A stretch of DNA of 55,936 nt. Origin: Verrucomicrobiota bacterium (GTDB lineage: Bacteria; Verrucomicrobiota; Verrucomicrobiia; Limisphaerales; CANJSG01). Location of the stretch: contig JBBQXJ010000025.1 of the NCBI GenBank assembly GCA_038209745.1, positions 1-55,936 on the forward strand, read 5' to 3'. The notes beneath the pieces were generated by a model, which had not been told where the DNA came from, did no database searches, and saw only the letters and a program-made list of their open reading frames with translations. Shown piece by piece: positions 29,396-38,530 of this stretch. How positions within the stretch are numbered: the stretch's first letter is position 1; each line of letters starts with the position of its first letter. Position numbers and translations under genes: made by a program.

Positions 29396-30637
29396 ATGAA
29401 ACTTGGACTCTACGTATTTCTCTCCTTATCGCTTTGGGTGGCGACCTCGACCCGTGCCGCCGGACCGGATCTCACTCTCGATTCCGCAGTGGTGCTGGCA
29501 CTGACCCACAACGCCGATCTGGCCGTGGCCCGGCTGCGCGTCGCCGAAGCGGCCAGCCGTGTCGGCAATGCCGGGCGTTGGTCGAATCCCGAGCTGCAGA
29601 CGGAGTTCAAACCGAATGTCCGCGGCCACGAAGGCTCCTTGATCGTGGGGTTCAACCAACGGTTTCCGCTCACCTCCCGTCTGCGTTTGGAAAAAGCCGT
29701 GTCTCGCAGCGAGGTCGCCGTAGCCGAGGCGGAAGTCCGCGAGGCCGAGCGACAATTGGCGCTGGCGGTGCGGACGGTCGGCATTCGGCTTTTGGCTTTG
29801 CGGGCTCATGCCGAACTGATGGAGCGGCAATTACGGAACAGCCGCGAACTGTCGGCCAACGTCGCCCGCGCTGCCAGGGTTGGAGAAGGCTCGGAACTGG
29901 AGACCGCGCAGTTGGAATTGGAGACCGCGCAGTTGGAGCCGCGGCAAGTCCAGCTCAAGGCGGAGACAGAGCCTCTGGAAGGGCAACTGCGGCTGCTGCT
30001 CGGATTGCCGCCGACGGCCCAGATGAACTTGGCGGAGCTGCCGGATGCGCCGGCGTCTTCGTCATCGAATTCAGCCACCACAGAAACCCGGGCGGATCAC
30101 GCCGTGGCCCGGGCCAAGCTCGACTCGGCGAACCAATCGATTGAACTGGCGCGCGCCAGCCGCTGGGAAGATGCGACCATCGGATTCTTCGGCGAGGTGG
30201 AACGAGGGGTAGACGCTCCGAACGGCTTGGAAACGGATGGATTTGTCGGCCTCCGATTCTCGGTGCCGTTGCCCATTTGGAACGATCGTCGTGGCCAAGT
30301 GGGCGAGGTCGCCGCCCGCGCCGCGCGGATCGAGAGCGAAGCCGACGCGCTTGCCGTCCGCATCCGAGCCGAGGTCGCGGCCGCCGTTGGCCAGCAGGAA
30401 GCGGCCGCCAAGCAGCAGCAGTCCATCAATGACAAACTCCTCCCGATGGCCCGCGACCTGGAGCGCCGTCTGATACGGCTGCACTCCGAGGGCCAGGCCC
30501 CGTTCACCGACGTCCTTCGCGCCCTCGAACGCCGCCTGCAGCTGGAGGCGGCCGCCATCGACGCCCGACGCGATTCCCGACTCGCCCACGTCCGCTGGAT
30601 GGCGGCCACCGGCCAAACCCATTTGTCCAAGCCATGA
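29396..30637 (+). CDS. TolC-family outer membrane protein (CzcC-like)
   Basis: Signal peptide, helical repeats, SVPLPIWN motif and operon context. Confidence 0.88.
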   Translation: MKLGLYVFLSLSLWVATSTRAAGPDLTLDSAVVLALTHNADLAVARLRVAEAASRVGNAGRWSNPELQTEFKPNVRGHEGSLIVGFNQRFPLTSRLRLEKAVSRSEVAVAEAEVREAERQLALAVRTVGIRLLALRAHAELMERQLRNSRELSANVARAARVGEGSELETAQLELETAQLEPRQVQLKAETEPLEGQLRLLLGLPPTAQMNLAELPDAPASSSSNSATTETRADHAVARAKLDSANQSIELARASRWEDATIGFFGEVERGVDAPNGLETDGFVGLRFSVPLPIWNDRRGQVGEVAARAARIESEADALAVRIRAEVAAAVGQQEAAAKQQQSINDKLLPMARDLERRLIRLHSEGQAPFTDVLRALERRLQLEAAAIDARRDSRLAHVRWMAATGQTHLSKP

Positions 30638-31959
30638 AGCATCCCTTTCTCTGCTTAGCCCCCTTGTCGCCCGAAAACATGGACCCACCACAGATGGACG
30701 CAGATGGACACAGATCCGGGGCTTCATCGACCCGGCCATGGATTGCTTCCGCCCGATCCCCAGTCCTCGCAGCGTGGCGAAGACCAGGCTTTGGGTCCAT
30801 CGGTGTCCACCTGGGTCCATCTGTGGTTTCAGTTCTTTCAATCTTGGTTTGTTCATCGATCTGCTTCCGGACATCCGCTGCCGAGGTGGACCCGGCCAAG
30901 GCCGCGAAGTTCGCCAACACCGTCGTGCTCGACGAAATGGGCGTCCGCAACCTGCGGTTGAAGATGGTCGAGGTGGAACCCGGCACCTTCGAGGAAACCA
31001 CCTTCGCGCTGGGGCGCATCGAGGTCCTGCCGGGACGCGAAGCCGCCGTCAGCAGCCGCATCGCCGGCCGCGCAACGAGGGTGGACGCGATGCTGGATCA
31101 CGCCGTGAAACAGGGCGCCGAAGTCGTCCTGGTGGAGAGCCGATTGGCGGGTGATCCGCCGCCGCAAGTGGCACTCATGGCCCCGATGTCGGGCATCGTT
31201 TCCGAGATCAACGTCGTGCTTGGCGAACCCGTCAGTCCGGACCGCGCGCTGTTGCGCATCGTGGATCTGGAAACGGTCTACGCCTTGGCACGGGTGCCCC
31301 AGCATCTGGGCGAGAAATTGAAGCCCGGGTTGCCGGCCCGCATCCGCATTCCCGGGTGGACCGGTCGCGAATGGACGGCGCGATTGGAGCATGTCGGCGC
31401 CGTGGCCGACGCGGCTTCGGGCACCTTGGAAGCGGCCTTCCAAGTGGAGAATCCGGGTCTGCAGTTGCGGCCCGGAATGCGCGCCGAGTTCAACATCGTT
31501 CTCGGCGAACGGGACGGATCCATGACCGTGCCGCGAGCCGCGCTCCAGGGCGATCCGGCCTCGCGCTTCGTCCACATCGCGGACGAGTCGCTAGCCAACG
31601 CCTTCGTGAAGGTGCCGGTGGAGATCGGCGCAATGAACGACCGTAGCGTGGAGATCGTGCGGGGTCTCTTCCCCGGCGATCGGGTGGTGACGGAGGGAGC
31701 CTACTCGTTGGCCTTCGCCGGCAAAGGCAGCGTGTCGCTCAAGGAAGCCCTCGACTCTGCCCACGGCCACGAACACAACGCCGACGGCAGCGAGATGACC
31801 GCGGGCCACGCCCCGGACGACGCCCACAACCATGGCCCCGGAGGCGGAGGCGGGTCGAAGTGGGCGGGCCTGACCGTCGCGTCGCTCATCGGCAATGGCG
31901 TTCTTTTGGTTCTCCTCGCATGTAGCACCGCCTTCAGGCGGAAGGAGCCGAACTCCTAA
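30634..31959 (+). CDS. RND efflux periplasmic adaptor (CzcB/CusB-like) with a His-rich tail; start uncertain
   Basis: APMSGIV lipoyl-like motif, LRPGMRAEF, GLFPGDRVV and AHGHEH. Confidence 0.88.
   Translation: MKHPFLCLAPLSPENMDPPQMDADGHRSGASSTRPWIASARSPVLAAWRRPGFGSIGVHLGPSVVSVLSILVCSSICFRTSAAEVDPAKAAKFANTVVLDEMGVRNLRLKMVEVEPGTFEETTFALGRIEVLPGREAAVSSRIAGRATRVDAMLDHAVKQGAEVVLVESRLAGDPPPQVALMAPMSGIVSEINVVLGEPVSPDRALLRIVDLETVYALARVPQHLGEKLKPGLPARIRIPGWTGREWTARLEHVGAVADAASGTLEAAFQVENPGLQLRPGMRAEFNIVLGERDGSMTVPRAALQGDPASRFVHIADESLANAFVKVPVEIGAMNDRSVEIVRGLFPGDRVVTEGAYSLAFAGKGSVSLKEALDSAHGHEHNADGSEMTAGHAPDDAHNHGPGGGGGSKWAGLTVASLIGNGVLLVLLACSTAFRRKEPNS
30687..30827. repeat. REPIN-like element (CCACAGATG class) inside the czcB-like ORF
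   Basis: accacagatggacgcagatggacacagat ... atcggtgtccacctgggtccatctgtggt. Confidence 0.8.
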
Positions 31960-32025
31960 TCCATGCGCCTCATGAATCCGCCGACAAAACCCAGAACGCT
32001 TCCCTCCGCCTGAAGGCGGAACTAC
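31922..32025. repeat. REPIN (GTAG-CCGCCTTCAGGCGG class) upstream of the RAYT
   Basis: GTAGCACCGCCTTCAGGCGG at 31922 and inverted CCGCCTGAAGGCGGAACTAC at 32006. Confidence 0.88.
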
Positions 32026-32030
32026 GTGCC

Positions 32031-32687
32031 ATGTATCTCTGGAGACAATTGACCGACGAGCAGCGCGCGGAACTTCTCGAGATCCGTCGTCGTAACCAAC
32101 GGCCTTGGCATGGCCCACCCCGGCATAAATCCACGGACAAGAAGCGATTCCACCTCACGGCCGCCTGCTACGAGCATGCCCATTTGATCTGCGCAAGACA
32201 TGAACGCATGGACGCCTTCTCCAACGCCCTCCAAGCCGCGCTCTCCGGAGCGGGCAAACACACCTTCGCCTGGTGCGTCTTGCCAAACCACTACCACGCG
32301 CTCGTGGAGACGTGGAACCTGCGGGAGACCGCCAGGCTGCTCGGGCAATTCCACGGGCGGACGTCGTTCGAATGGAACCGCCAGGACGATGCCCGAGGCC
32401 GGACTTGTTTCCATCGTGTATCCGACCGAGCCATCCGGGGAGACCGGCATTTCTGGGCCGCGATGAACTACATCCACCACAACCCGGTCCATCACGGCTG
32501 GGTCGGGACGTGGGCCGATTGGCCGTGGAGCAGCGCCGCAGACTACCTTTCGTCGGTTGGACGCGAGGAGGCTCTGCGGGTTTGGCGGGAGTATCCAGTC
32601 GGGGACTACGGGAAGACTTGGGATTCGCCGGAGACGAGCGCAACCGATCACGGCGAAGAGGAAGAAGGAACGTCCTATTCCGGCTGA
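32031..32687 (+). CDS. REP-associated tyrosine transposase (RAYT, Y1 HUH)
   Basis: WHGPP, FHLTAAC, AWCVLPNHYHAL (HUH), YIHHNPVHHG and WPWSSA motifs; flanked by GTAG REPs. Confidence 0.92.
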   Translation: MYLWRQLTDEQRAELLEIRRRNQRPWHGPPRHKSTDKKRFHLTAACYEHAHLICARHERMDAFSNALQAALSGAGKHTFAWCVLPNHYHALVETWNLRETARLLGQFHGRTSFEWNRQDDARGRTCFHRVSDRAIRGDRHFWAAMNYIHHNPVHHGWVGTWADWPWSSAADYLSSVGREEALRVWREYPVGDYGKTWDSPETSATDHGEEEEGTSYSG

Positions 32688-32699
32688 AGCCGGGTCTAC
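32680..32699. repeat. GTAG REP overlapping the RAYT stop codon
   Basis: CCGGCTGAAGCCGGGTCTAC. Confidence 0.85.
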
Positions 32700-32703
32700 C
32701 TGC

Positions 32704-35700
32704 ATGCTCAATAAACTCATCCGCTTAGCGCTGCACCACCGGGCCATCGTGGTCGGGATGTCGCTGTTGCTGCTTTTCTTTGGCTTCCAGACCGTTCGCG
32801 AATTGCCGGTCGAGGTGTTGCCGGATCTGACTAAACCGACGGTCATTGTCCTGACCGAATCGCCCGGTCTCGCCCCCGAGGAAGTGGAGGCCAACGTCAC
32901 CATTCCGATCGAACGCTCGCTCATGGGTGTCGCCGGATTGACGCGGCTTCGTTCGAACTCGGATGTCAGTCTGTCGCTTGTCTACGCGGAGTTCGCGTGG
33001 GGCACCGACATCTATCGCGCCCGTCAATTCGTGCAGGAACGGCTGCAAGGTGTGCGTGGAACCCTGCCTGAAGGAGTCGAACCGTTCCTGACGCCGGTCG
33101 CCTCGCTGATGGGAGAAATTCTGTTGGTCGGCCTTCGCAGCACCAATTCCGCCGTGCCGCCGCCGGAGGTCCGGTCGGTCGCCGACTGGGTGGTGCGTCC
33201 GCGCCTCCAGAGCATTTCCGGCATCGCCGAGATCTTGAACATGGGCGGCGGCATCAAGCAGGTGCAGGTGCAGCCGGACCCGCTGCGGATGCAGGCGCAC
33301 GGCGTCACCTACGAGGAGCTGGAATCGGCCGCAAAGGAGGCCTCCTGGAACAGCACCGGGGGATTTCTCAACTCCGGTTCGACCGAGATCATGGTCCGCA
33401 ATCTCGCCATGACCGTGCAGCTCGACGACATCGCGCGCTCCGTCATCAAGCGGATCAACGACCGGCCCATTCTTATCAAGGATGTCGCCAAGGTGGAGTG
33501 GGGCATCGAACCGATGCGCGGCGACGGCAGCGTGAACGGAACGCGCGGCGTCATCATGAGCATCACCAAGGCGCCGGGCTTCGACACGCTCGCGTTGACC
33601 GCGCAGATCGAATCGGCGCTGAAGGAGCTCCAGTCGACGTTGCCTCTGGGTGTCGAGGCGGTGGTTCTCTTCCGCCAGGGCGACTTCATCGAACACGCCA
33701 TCGGCAACCTGAAGGAAGCCATCCGCGACGGCGCGATCATGGTGACGGTCGTGTTGTTCCTCTTCCTCCTGAACTTCCGCACCACCTTCATCACGCTGAT
33801 GGCCATGCCGCTGTCGTTCGCCATCACGCTCCTGATCTTCAAGTGGCTGGGAATCTCGGTGAACTCGATGACGCTCGGCGGCTTGGCCGTGGCCATCGGC
33901 ATGGTGGTGGACGACGCCATCGTCGACGTGGAAAACGTCCATCGAAGACTGAAGGAGAACGCTGCCCGGGATGGTGGCACCGGCGCCCCCGGCTTTTCTC
34001 CCGGTGTCGCAGCGGAAACTCCGGGCGGAGGCGCCTGGGCCACCAGGCTTCCGATGCTCGAAGTCATCGCCCGCGCCTCGGGCGAGGTCCGCAATTCGAT
34101 CCTCTACGCCACGCTGCTCATCATCCTGGTCTTCCTGCCGTTGCTGGGCTTGAGCGGCGTGGAGGGGCGGCTCTTCTCGCCCATCGCCATCGCCACCATC
34201 GTCAGCATGGTCGCGTCGTTCATCGTCTCGTTGACGGTGATTCCCGTGCTCTGCTCGCTGCTTCTGCGACCCAAGGCCGGCTTCAGCCGGAAAGAGAGCT
34301 CCGAGACCAAGGTCGTGATCCATGATCCCACGGCATCCGCCGAAACCAAGGACACCGCGTTCCGTCTGAAGGCGGGACAACATACGGACGGTCCGCTCGT
34401 GCGCGGCCTGAAATGGCTTCTGGAAAACACCCTCCTGCGTTTTGGTTTCAGCCAGCCGTATCTGCTGCTGGGGCTGGTTTCGCTCGTGGTCGTCGCGGCC
34501 TTCTCGCTCTATCCGAGCATGGGGAAGGACTTCCTGCCCGCCTTCCGTGAAGAGACGGCGCTCGTCTCCACCACCGCCGCTCCCGGCACGTCGCTCGACG
34601 AGATGAACCAGATCTCCGACGTGATCGAACAGGAGCTCCTGGCCATACCCGAAGTCCGCAAGGTCGGCCGCCGCCTCGGCCGCGCCGAACGCGGCGACCA
34701 TGTCGTGCCCGTTTCCACGGCCGAGTTCGACGTCGACTTCCGCGAACCGGACGGCGGAGTGAAAGGCCGATCAAGAGCGGAGATCCTTGAGAACATCCGA
34801 CAGAAGATCCGGGGTGTGCCCGGCACCTTCAGCGTGGTCACCGGGCCGTTGGCCGACCGTATTGGCCACATGCTCAGCGGAGTCTCCGCGCCGGTCGCGA
34901 TCAAGGTCTTCGGGCCCGACCTCGACCAGTTGCGCGGCCTCGGGCTCCAGATCCAGGCCATCGCCAAGACCATTCCCGGCTTCGAAGACTGCAAGCTGGA
35001 CCAGCAGTCGACCATTCCGCAGCTCCGCATCGAGATCGATCGCGACCGCGCCGCTGCTTATGGCGTCACCCCGGGCCATCTCAATCAAACGCTCGCCACC
35101 CTTATCGGCGGTCGGAACGTGGCCGAACTTCGCGAAGGCCAGCGCACGGTCGATCTGGTCGTTCGGTTGCCGGAAGAGTGGCGCGATTCGCCGGAGCGCA
35201 TCGCGCAATTGCCCATCGAGGTGCATGACGGCGATTCCGCGCCCCAGCGCATCCCGCTCTCGATGATCGCCGATGTCCGCGAAGCCAAGGGTCCCAACGT
35301 GATCTTCCGCGAGAACAGCCAACGGCGCTTCGCCCTCGCGATCAAACCCACCGTGCGCGACGTGTCGTCTCTCGTGCCTCTACTTCAAGAGAAGGTCGCC
35401 GCTGCCGTGAAGCTGCCCGAAGGCTGCTTCATCAGCTATGAGGGCGAATTCCAGGCCCAGCGTGACGCCTCCCGCCGGATCGCGCTCTTGAGCGGAGTCG
35501 TGGTCGTGGTCGTTGCGTTCCTGCTTTACGGCTATTTTCGCACGCCGTTCTTCGCCTTCCAGGTTTTGTGCGACATCCCGCTGGCGCTGGTCGGCGGACT
35601 GGTCCTGACCTGGCTGCTGCTGGACAACATCAGCATCGCCACGCTGGTCGGCTTCATCGCCGTGGCCGGGGTGGCCGCGCGGAACAGCATCATGCTCATC

Positions 35701-36015
35701 TCCCACTACCTGCACCTCATGCAGCACGAGGGCGAAGGCTTCACCCGGGCGATGGTCGTCCGGGGAACCAAGGAGCGGCTAGTGCCCGTGCTGATGACCG
35801 CGCTGGCCGCCGGCATCGGTCTGATCCCGCTCGTCCTCGCCGCCGATCAGCCCGGCAAAGAAATCCTGCATCCGGTCGCCGTCGTCATCGTCGGCGGACT
35901 GGTCACCTCCACGCTGCTCGGCCTCGCCGTCACGCCGACCGTGTTCTTCACCTTCGGTCGGAAGGCGGCCCTGCACGTAGCCCGGCCTTCAGGCGGAAAG
36001 AACCTTTCTCAATGA
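32704..36015 (+). CDS. Heavy-metal RND efflux permease (CzcA/CusA family)
   Basis: VEVLPDL, GLAPEEVE, NSMTLGGLAVAIGMVVDDAIVDVENV and ERLVPVLMTA motifs. Confidence 0.95.
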   Translation: MLNKLIRLALHHRAIVVGMSLLLLFFGFQTVRELPVEVLPDLTKPTVIVLTESPGLAPEEVEANVTIPIERSLMGVAGLTRLRSNSDVSLSLVYAEFAWGTDIYRARQFVQERLQGVRGTLPEGVEPFLTPVASLMGEILLVGLRSTNSAVPPPEVRSVADWVVRPRLQSISGIAEILNMGGGIKQVQVQPDPLRMQAHGVTYEELESAAKEASWNSTGGFLNSGSTEIMVRNLAMTVQLDDIARSVIKRINDRPILIKDVAKVEWGIEPMRGDGSVNGTRGVIMSITKAPGFDTLALTAQIESALKELQSTLPLGVEAVVLFRQGDFIEHAIGNLKEAIRDGAIMVTVVLFLFLLNFRTTFITLMAMPLSFAITLLIFKWLGISVNSMTLGGLAVAIGMVVDDAIVDVENVHRRLKENAARDGGTGAPGFSPGVAAETPGGGAWATRLPMLEVIARASGEVRNSILYATLLIILVFLPLLGLSGVEGRLFSPIAIATIVSMVASFIVSLTVIPVLCSLLLRPKAGFSRKESSETKVVIHDPTASAETKDTAFRLKAGQHTDGPLVRGLKWLLENTLLRFGFSQPYLLLGLVSLVVVAAFSLYPSMGKDFLPAFREETALVSTTAAPGTSLDEMNQISDVIEQELLAIPEVRKVGRRLGRAERGDHVVPVSTAEFDVDFREPDGGVKGRSRAEILENIRQKIRGVPGTFSVVTGPLADRIGHMLSGVSAPVAIKVFGPDLDQLRGLGLQIQAIAKTIPGFEDCKLDQQSTIPQLRIEIDRDRAAAYGVTPGHLNQTLATLIGGRNVAELREGQRTVDLVVRLPEEWRDSPERIAQLPIEVHDGDSAPQRIPLSMIADVREAKGPNVIFRENSQRRFALAIKPTVRDVSSLVPLLQEKVAAAVKLPEGCFISYEGEFQAQRDASRRIALLSGVVVVVVAFLLYGYFRTPFFAFQVLCDIPLALVGGLVLTWLLLDNISIATLVGFIAVAGVAARNSIMLISHYLHLMQHEGEGFTRAMVVRGTKERLVPVLMTALAAGIGLIPLVLAADQPGKEILHPVAVVIVGGLVTSTLLGLAVTPTVFFTFGRKAALHVARPSGGKNLSQ
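33973..34044. repeat. REPIN-like element in frame within czcA
   Basis: GGTGGCACCGGCGCC ... GGCGCCTGGGCCACC inverted arms (13/15 match). Confidence 0.7.
34277..34385. repeat. RAYT-class REPIN in frame within czcA
   Basis: CCGGCTTCAGCCGG at 34277 and CCGTCTGAAGGCGGGACAAC at 34362. Confidence 0.8.
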
Positions 36016-36088
36016 TCCAAACCTCGAACCGATCCGTTGCCCGTTCCACTCAGTAAACCCTTTTCCGCCTGAAGGCGGGACTCCCTAC
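35977..36088. repeat. RAYT-class REPIN spanning the czcA 3' end
   Basis: GTAGCCCGGCCTTCAGGCGG at 35977 and CCGCCTGAAGGCGGGACTCC at 36065. Confidence 0.85.
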
Positions 36089-36095
36089 GAAACAC

Positions 36096-36587
36096 ATGAA
36101 AACATCTCTCCTCAACCTTGTCGCCGTGCTGCTGCTCGGCGTTTCCAGAACGTTCGCCCATGGCGACGTCGAACTGGGCCCAAACGGTGGTCGCATCGTC
36201 GAGTTCAGCACCAACCGAACCGTGCGCGGCGAAATCACCCTGAAGGACGGCAGATTCCACGTCGCCGTTGTCGACCAAGACATGAAACCCGTCGCGCTGA
36301 CCGACCAGAAGCTCCTCGTCACCGGCGGCGACCGGACCAACCCCGAGAATCCAAAAGTGGAGAAAGTGGGCAACCAGTTCGTCTTCCCCGCGCTCAAGGG
36401 CGACAGCTACCTCGTGGTGCTCCAGTTCAAGGCCGAGCCCTCCGCGAAGTTCATCACCGCGCGGTTCGAGTATGACGGGGCCATCTGCTCCGCCTGCAAG
36501 AAGGGCGAATGGCTTTGCGAATGCGGCTCGAAGGAGACTAAGGGGAATGCAGACGGACCTGCCCACGACCAGGACGTGAAAAGGTAG
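36096..36587 (+). CDS. Exported putative metal-binding protein
   Basis: Signal peptide, mature N-terminus HGDVELGPNGG and C-terminal CxxC-x5-CxC; last gene of the czc operon. Confidence 0.8.
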   Translation: MKTSLLNLVAVLLLGVSRTFAHGDVELGPNGGRIVEFSTNRTVRGEITLKDGRFHVAVVDQDMKPVALTDQKLLVTGGDRTNPENPKVEKVGNQFVFPALKGDSYLVVLQFKAEPSAKFITARFEYDGAICSACKKGEWLCECGSKETKGNADGPAHDQDVKR

Positions 36588-36750
36588 AGGTCTCGGGTTG
36601 AGTGTGCCGACTTTTCGGCATCGATCAATTTTCAGACAATAGGATCGGCCTGTAGATCGCTGTCTTCTGCGGCGGCTGGTTGCATGAGATTCATGAATCC
36701 CCGTGAGGAATGAAGAGCCCCGGAATGGCCATTGAGCCCGCTACACGCTG

Positions 36751-37116
36751 TCAGGTCAGCTGGCTCTTGGCGGCTTCGATCAGCTCCCAGAACTTGGGAT
36801 TGTTTTGCAGGTCGCTGTCTTCGCCGGTAGCGAGGCCGCTGCGGAAGCGGAAGTCCTTCAGCGTGTTCTTGCTGAGGATTCGGTGGACGACGACGCCGAG
36901 CGGATGCTTCTCGAAGTAGATCCGGTAGTCGCCCACGCGGAAGCGGAAGAGCGTCTTGCCCGCGCGCTCCAGCTTGCCGAACCGCTCCATGTCGGTCGCG
37001 ATCACCTCGTGCGGCAGGCCCCGGAAGTTGCCGAGAATGTCGAGCTGCAGGTCCTTTGGCAGGTGGCTCAGCTCGGCGGCGCTGGTCGGATTGAAGATGA
37101 TCTGAAAGTGCGGCAT
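36751..37116 (-). CDS. RelE/ParE-like protein
   Basis: FQIIFNPTSAAEL..LP and LFRFRVGDYRIYF RelE-fold motif. Confidence 0.78.
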   Translation of the reverse strand: MPHFQIIFNPTSAAELSHLPKDLQLDILGNFRGLPHEVIATDMERFGKLERAGKTLFRFRVGDYRIYFEKHPLGVVVHRILSKNTLKDFRFRSGLATGEDSDLQNNPKFWELIEAAKSQLT

Positions 37117-37300
37117 CCGCCGACGGTTTAACCACAGAGCCGTCGGGTTGAACACTGGGAAAAATCCGAAGCGCGCAGGCCAAAGGCCGAATTGGGTGGA
37201 ACCGCAGAAGGGAAAACATGCCTTTCTGCGTGGTCCGTGTCTTCTGCGGTCTCGCCTTTCCGCTTTGTCTCCCGGGGCCGTCTCGGCCACGCTGCCGGGT

Positions 37301-37900
37301 GTGGGCATTTCCGCGCAGCAATTCGAGCGTTTGCAGAGCCGGGTGTCGGGCGCCGGCCGGCGTTCGGACGCCGGGCTCGATGCGCCCGCGCCGCTGGTCC
37401 ACACGGTCATTCTCGGCATCGATCCTTCGCTGCGCGGCACCGGCTACGGAGTCATTCGGCTGGTTGGAAAAGTGCCGTCCGTCGTCGCGTTCGGCACGGT
37501 GAAGAACCTGCCGACGCTGGCGCGCTCGCGCTGTTTGGCGGCCATAGCCCGCGCCATCCGCGAGGTCATCCAGCAGCACGCGCCGACGGCCTGCGCGGTG
37601 GAGGGGCTCTTCTTCGCCCAGAACATCAAGACGGCGATCATCATGGGCGAGGCCCGCGGGGCGAGCCTGGTGGCCGTCGCGGAAGCCGGGCTGGAGGTCT
37701 GCGAGATCGCCCCGCGCAAAGCCAAGCAGGCGATCGTCGGATTTGGCGGCGCGGGGAAGCTGGCGGTCGCCCGGATGGTCCAGCGCATGTTGAACCTGGC
37801 GGAGGAGCCGGAGGCCGACGCGGCCGATGCGTTGGCGTTGGCCCTCGCCTTTGCCCAGAGCCAGGGGTCCCATGCCGTGGCCCGGCACAAGAGTCTTTAG
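37301..37900 (+). CDS. ruvC: Holliday junction resolvase RuvC
   Basis: ILGIDP, GTGYG, VEGLFF, GEARG and DAADALA motifs. Confidence 0.95.
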   Translation: MGISAQQFERLQSRVSGAGRRSDAGLDAPAPLVHTVILGIDPSLRGTGYGVIRLVGKVPSVVAFGTVKNLPTLARSRCLAAIARAIREVIQQHAPTACAVEGLFFAQNIKTAIIMGEARGASLVAVAEAGLEVCEIAPRKAKQAIVGFGGAGKLAVARMVQRMLNLAEEPEADAADALALALAFAQSQGSHAVARHKSL

Positions 37901-37917
37901 CCTCCTTTCCCGCACCC

Positions 37918-38526
37918 ATGATCGCATTCGTCCACGGAACCCTTGTCGAAGCCCTGCCCACGCTGGCCGTGATCGATGTCCACGGCGTCGGCTACGAACT
38001 GCTGATCCCGCTGTCGTCCTTCGACAAGCTTCCGCCGCCCGGTGGCGAGGTGAAGCTCCTCACCCATCTGGCGGTCCGCGAAGACGCCCACATCCTCTAC
38101 GGATTCGCCACGACGGCGGAGCGGGATCTCTTCCGCATGCTGATCAACCTGGTGTCCGGGATCGGTCCGAAGATCGCCCTGAACATCCTGTCCGGCGTCA
38201 CCGCCCACGCCTTTCGCGCGGCGGTGGCGGCGGCGGACGTGAAGGCGCTGTCGCAGATCTCGGGCGTCGGCAAGAAGACCGCCGAACGCATCGTGGTGGA
38301 GCTCAAGGACAAGCTCGGCCTGATCTCCACCGGGTCGGTTTTGACGGGCACCCGGGCGGAATTGACGGTCGGCGACCAGAAGCTGGCCGACGCGACGGCC
38401 GCGCTGCTGGCGCTGGGATTCAAGCCGAACGACGCGAGCGATGCTGTTCGTGCCGCCGCCGCCGTGCTGGGGCCGCAGGCGGGAGTCGACGTCCTCGTGC
38501 GCACCGCGTTGAAGAAGGGAGCTTGA
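37918..38526 (+). CDS. ruvA: Holliday junction branch migration protein RuvA
   Basis: GVGYE, VREDA..LYGF, SGIGPK and GVGKKTAERIVVELKDK motifs. Confidence 0.96.
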   Translation: MIAFVHGTLVEALPTLAVIDVHGVGYELLIPLSSFDKLPPPGGEVKLLTHLAVREDAHILYGFATTAERDLFRMLINLVSGIGPKIALNILSGVTAHAFRAAVAAADVKALSQISGVGKKTAERIVVELKDKLGLISTGSVLTGTRAELTVGDQKLADATAALLALGFKPNDASDAVRAAAAVLGPQAGVDVLVRTALKKGA

Positions 38527-38530
38527 AGCG

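Noticed and set aside
32031..32687. IS200/IS605 element with TnpB/IscB
   Set aside because: No RuvC-nuclease partner ORF; the GTAG REP context indicates a RAYT.
31922..36088. Repeats as a possible CRISPR array
   Set aside because: Copies occur as inverted pairs with irregular spacing, and no cas genes are present; they fit REP/REPIN.
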